Of a DNA stretch of 64,000 bases, positions 62,501-64,000 are shown in pieces (position 1 is the first letter of the stretch; each line of letters starts with the position of its first letter). This DNA comes from an uncultured delta proteobacterium (lineage in GTDB: Bacteria > Desulfobacterota > Desulfomonilia > Desulfomonilales > Desulfomonilaceae), in NCBI GenBank assembly GCA_963789265.1, contig CAWBKB010000006.1, positions 64,001 through 128,000 on the forward strand, given 5' to 3'. The notes under the pieces are model-generated. The model saw only the letters and a program-made list of their open reading frames with translations. It had not been told where the DNA came from and searched no databases. A program made the position numbers and the translations under genes.

Positions 62501-62739
62501 TTGAGGGCTTGAGACCCGGAGTCGTCGCGGTGTCTTGGCACTTTGGCCATTGGGCGAGCGGCTCTCGGGACATGACCGTTGATGGGAATTTGGTCAAGGG
62601 TAACCCGAGACGATCACGCGGCCTTTGTCCCAATCCGGTCATGTTGGAGGACTCGGTAGTGCGCGATGTCTGTCTTACCGACCCAATCGGTGGCAGTGCA
62701 TCGTTTTATGATACTTACGTGAAAATTACGCGGATCTAG
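59557..62739 (+). CDS. Molybdopterin oxidoreductase catalytic subunit (TtrA/SrdA-like), three +1 frameshifts (~60263, ~60577, ~61359)
   Basis: ERRDFL Tat motif, CLQCHTDC..CPKG, HTTICEQSHH, ETSMYADYVFPD, WHFGHW. Confidence 0.9.
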
Positions 62740-62940
62740 GCCTTGGGTGGTGCATCCCGGGCTTCATACACTGCGTGGGGCGTAAGCGCGCGACCATGGA
62801 ACGCCCCGAGAGCCTCAGCTTTGGCTTTGAGCATCGTGGACGCAAGACACAAGCCCGTAACAGAGGCCAGGGAGTACCGGCCTCCTAGATAGCGCGAAGA
62901 TGACGTTATTCAGGGACGCACTGAACCACAGGAGGATAGC

Positions 62941-63222
62941 ATGCCCACGTACCTGAGCATTCACCATGAAAACACCGTGGACCAAGTCTTGCTCGAATCC
63001 AGATGGACTGAAATTTCCATGGACACAAGAGCTCTTTGGGAAGTGACATTATTCAACTTGGAACAGGGAAGACGCTGGTGCGAATGGGAGGCTCCTGACC
63101 GTGCCGCTATAGAGGAAATATTCGATGAGCTTGGAATCAAATGGACAGAGATTCTTGAAGTGGAAGTAACCACTGCGTCCAGATGGCGATCATGGGAGGC
63201 ACAGTCGAGAAGCAGATACTAG
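62941..63222 (+). CDS. DUF4242 (SCO4226-like) small protein
   Basis: AGGAGG RBS; MP.YL..H, GRRWCEWEAPD...I.EV. Confidence 0.8.
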   Translation: MPTYLSIHHENTVDQVLLESRWTEISMDTRALWEVTLFNLEQGRRWCEWEAPDRAAIEEIFDELGIKWTEILEVEVTTASRWRSWEAQSRSRY

Positions 63223-63524
63223 ATTGTCCCTAGATTTCGGCATGTGTCTCTGGGATGGTGCGTCCTAACGGTGCCGCAGAGGGGATGGGAGCAGGTGGAT
63301 TACTTCCCGACCGATTTCGGCAAGAATAGTCATTTGGTCAGAGCAAAGCGTGAAGGCTGTCCAGGACAGATTGCTCAGGATTTCCTTCAACGAACCCATC
63401 CCTCTCTTGCTCCGCAAACTAAAGCTGGCACGGTATGTCAATTCGTTATTGAGGCAAGCACAACGACAACATCTCAGAACTCTATGATTCAACCCTTAGT
63501 GGCTCGAAGACAACGGAGGAAAAC

Positions 63525-63788
63525 ATGCCGCACTACCTCACCATTCATCATGAACCGGTCTCGTCCAAACGTGAAATAGAATCAAGGTGGGCTGCTTTGG
63601 CAGAAGAGCGCAGAGCGTTCTGGGTAAAAACCTGGTACAATCTTTCTGAAGGTAGACGATTCTGCTGGTGGGATGCTCCAGATGGTGCAACGCTTGAAAA
63701 AATCTTCTCTGATCATGGAGTAAATTGGGAGGAAATCGTCAAGGTCAACATTACCGGCCCCAGTGAATGGAGATGGCGAGAAGACTGA
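63525..63788 (+). CDS. DUF4242 (SCO4226-like) small protein, paralogue of the previous gene
   Basis: GGAGG RBS; MPHYLTIHHE, GRRFCWWDAPD. Confidence 0.8.
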   Translation: MPHYLTIHHEPVSSKREIESRWAALAEERRAFWVKTWYNLSEGRRFCWWDAPDGATLEKIFSDHGVNWEEIVKVNITGPSEWRWRED

Positions 63789-64000
63789 TGAATCAGGCCA
63801 TGAACGCTTTTCTTTTTTTTCAGTGACCAACGCCCACAACTCAAATTACATCGCAGATACTTCGCTCCACCGCTCCATATCTTTAACTGCTCTTACCAGT
63901 TCCATCGGGAGGCCTTCACAGATCGAAGGTCGGTAAGGCCGGCCGGCCACCCTCCTGGTTAGCATTATTGTTTACGAAGAAATGAATCCAAAATTAGGAT

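Noticed and set aside
59557..62739. Programmed frameshifting, selenocysteine or a naturally split molybdoenzyme
   Set aside because: Breaks are single-base duplications without slippery sites, no in-frame TGA at the ligand position, and the same error types occur in asnS and pfkA
63425..63439. Sigma-54-like TGGCACG upstream of the second DUF4242 gene
   Set aside because: The -12 GC is missing at the required spacing

Overview
A gene-dense 64 kb chromosomal window from an anaerobic Gram-negative bacterium, probably a Desulfomonile-like deltaproteobacterium (inferred from gene content only). Housekeeping genes (glgP, moeA-PBP, lpxB, carA, dapL, ychF, pfkA, asnS, waaA, an ECF sigma/anti-sigma pair) are mixed with transport genes (two RND systems, MFS, MscS, Ca/H antiporter, channel), TA modules, gene remnants and several families of nested palindromic repeats. 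Highlights: (1) at 53.7-63.8 kb an AioX/ArrX-like oxyanion-binding lipoprotein is paired with a kinase-less, membrane-bound sigma-54 activator. They sit upstream of a perfect -24/-12 promoter with two enhancer sites, driving a ttrBCA/srdBCA-like molybdoenzyme operon followed by two DUF4242-like paralogues. (2) Two secreted Cys/Pro-rich proteins share a VC-x2-PGYG-x2-RPM motif. (3) The 12 reading-frame breaks I could place fall in three recurring contexts. The largest-signal context is GTAC, the predicted target of the M.MjaV-like m4C methyltransferase encoded here, which suggests methylation-induced sequencing errors rather than true pseudogenes. No rRNA, tRNA, CRISPR array or intact mobile element was recognised. 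Family assignments come from motif recognition, not database searches.
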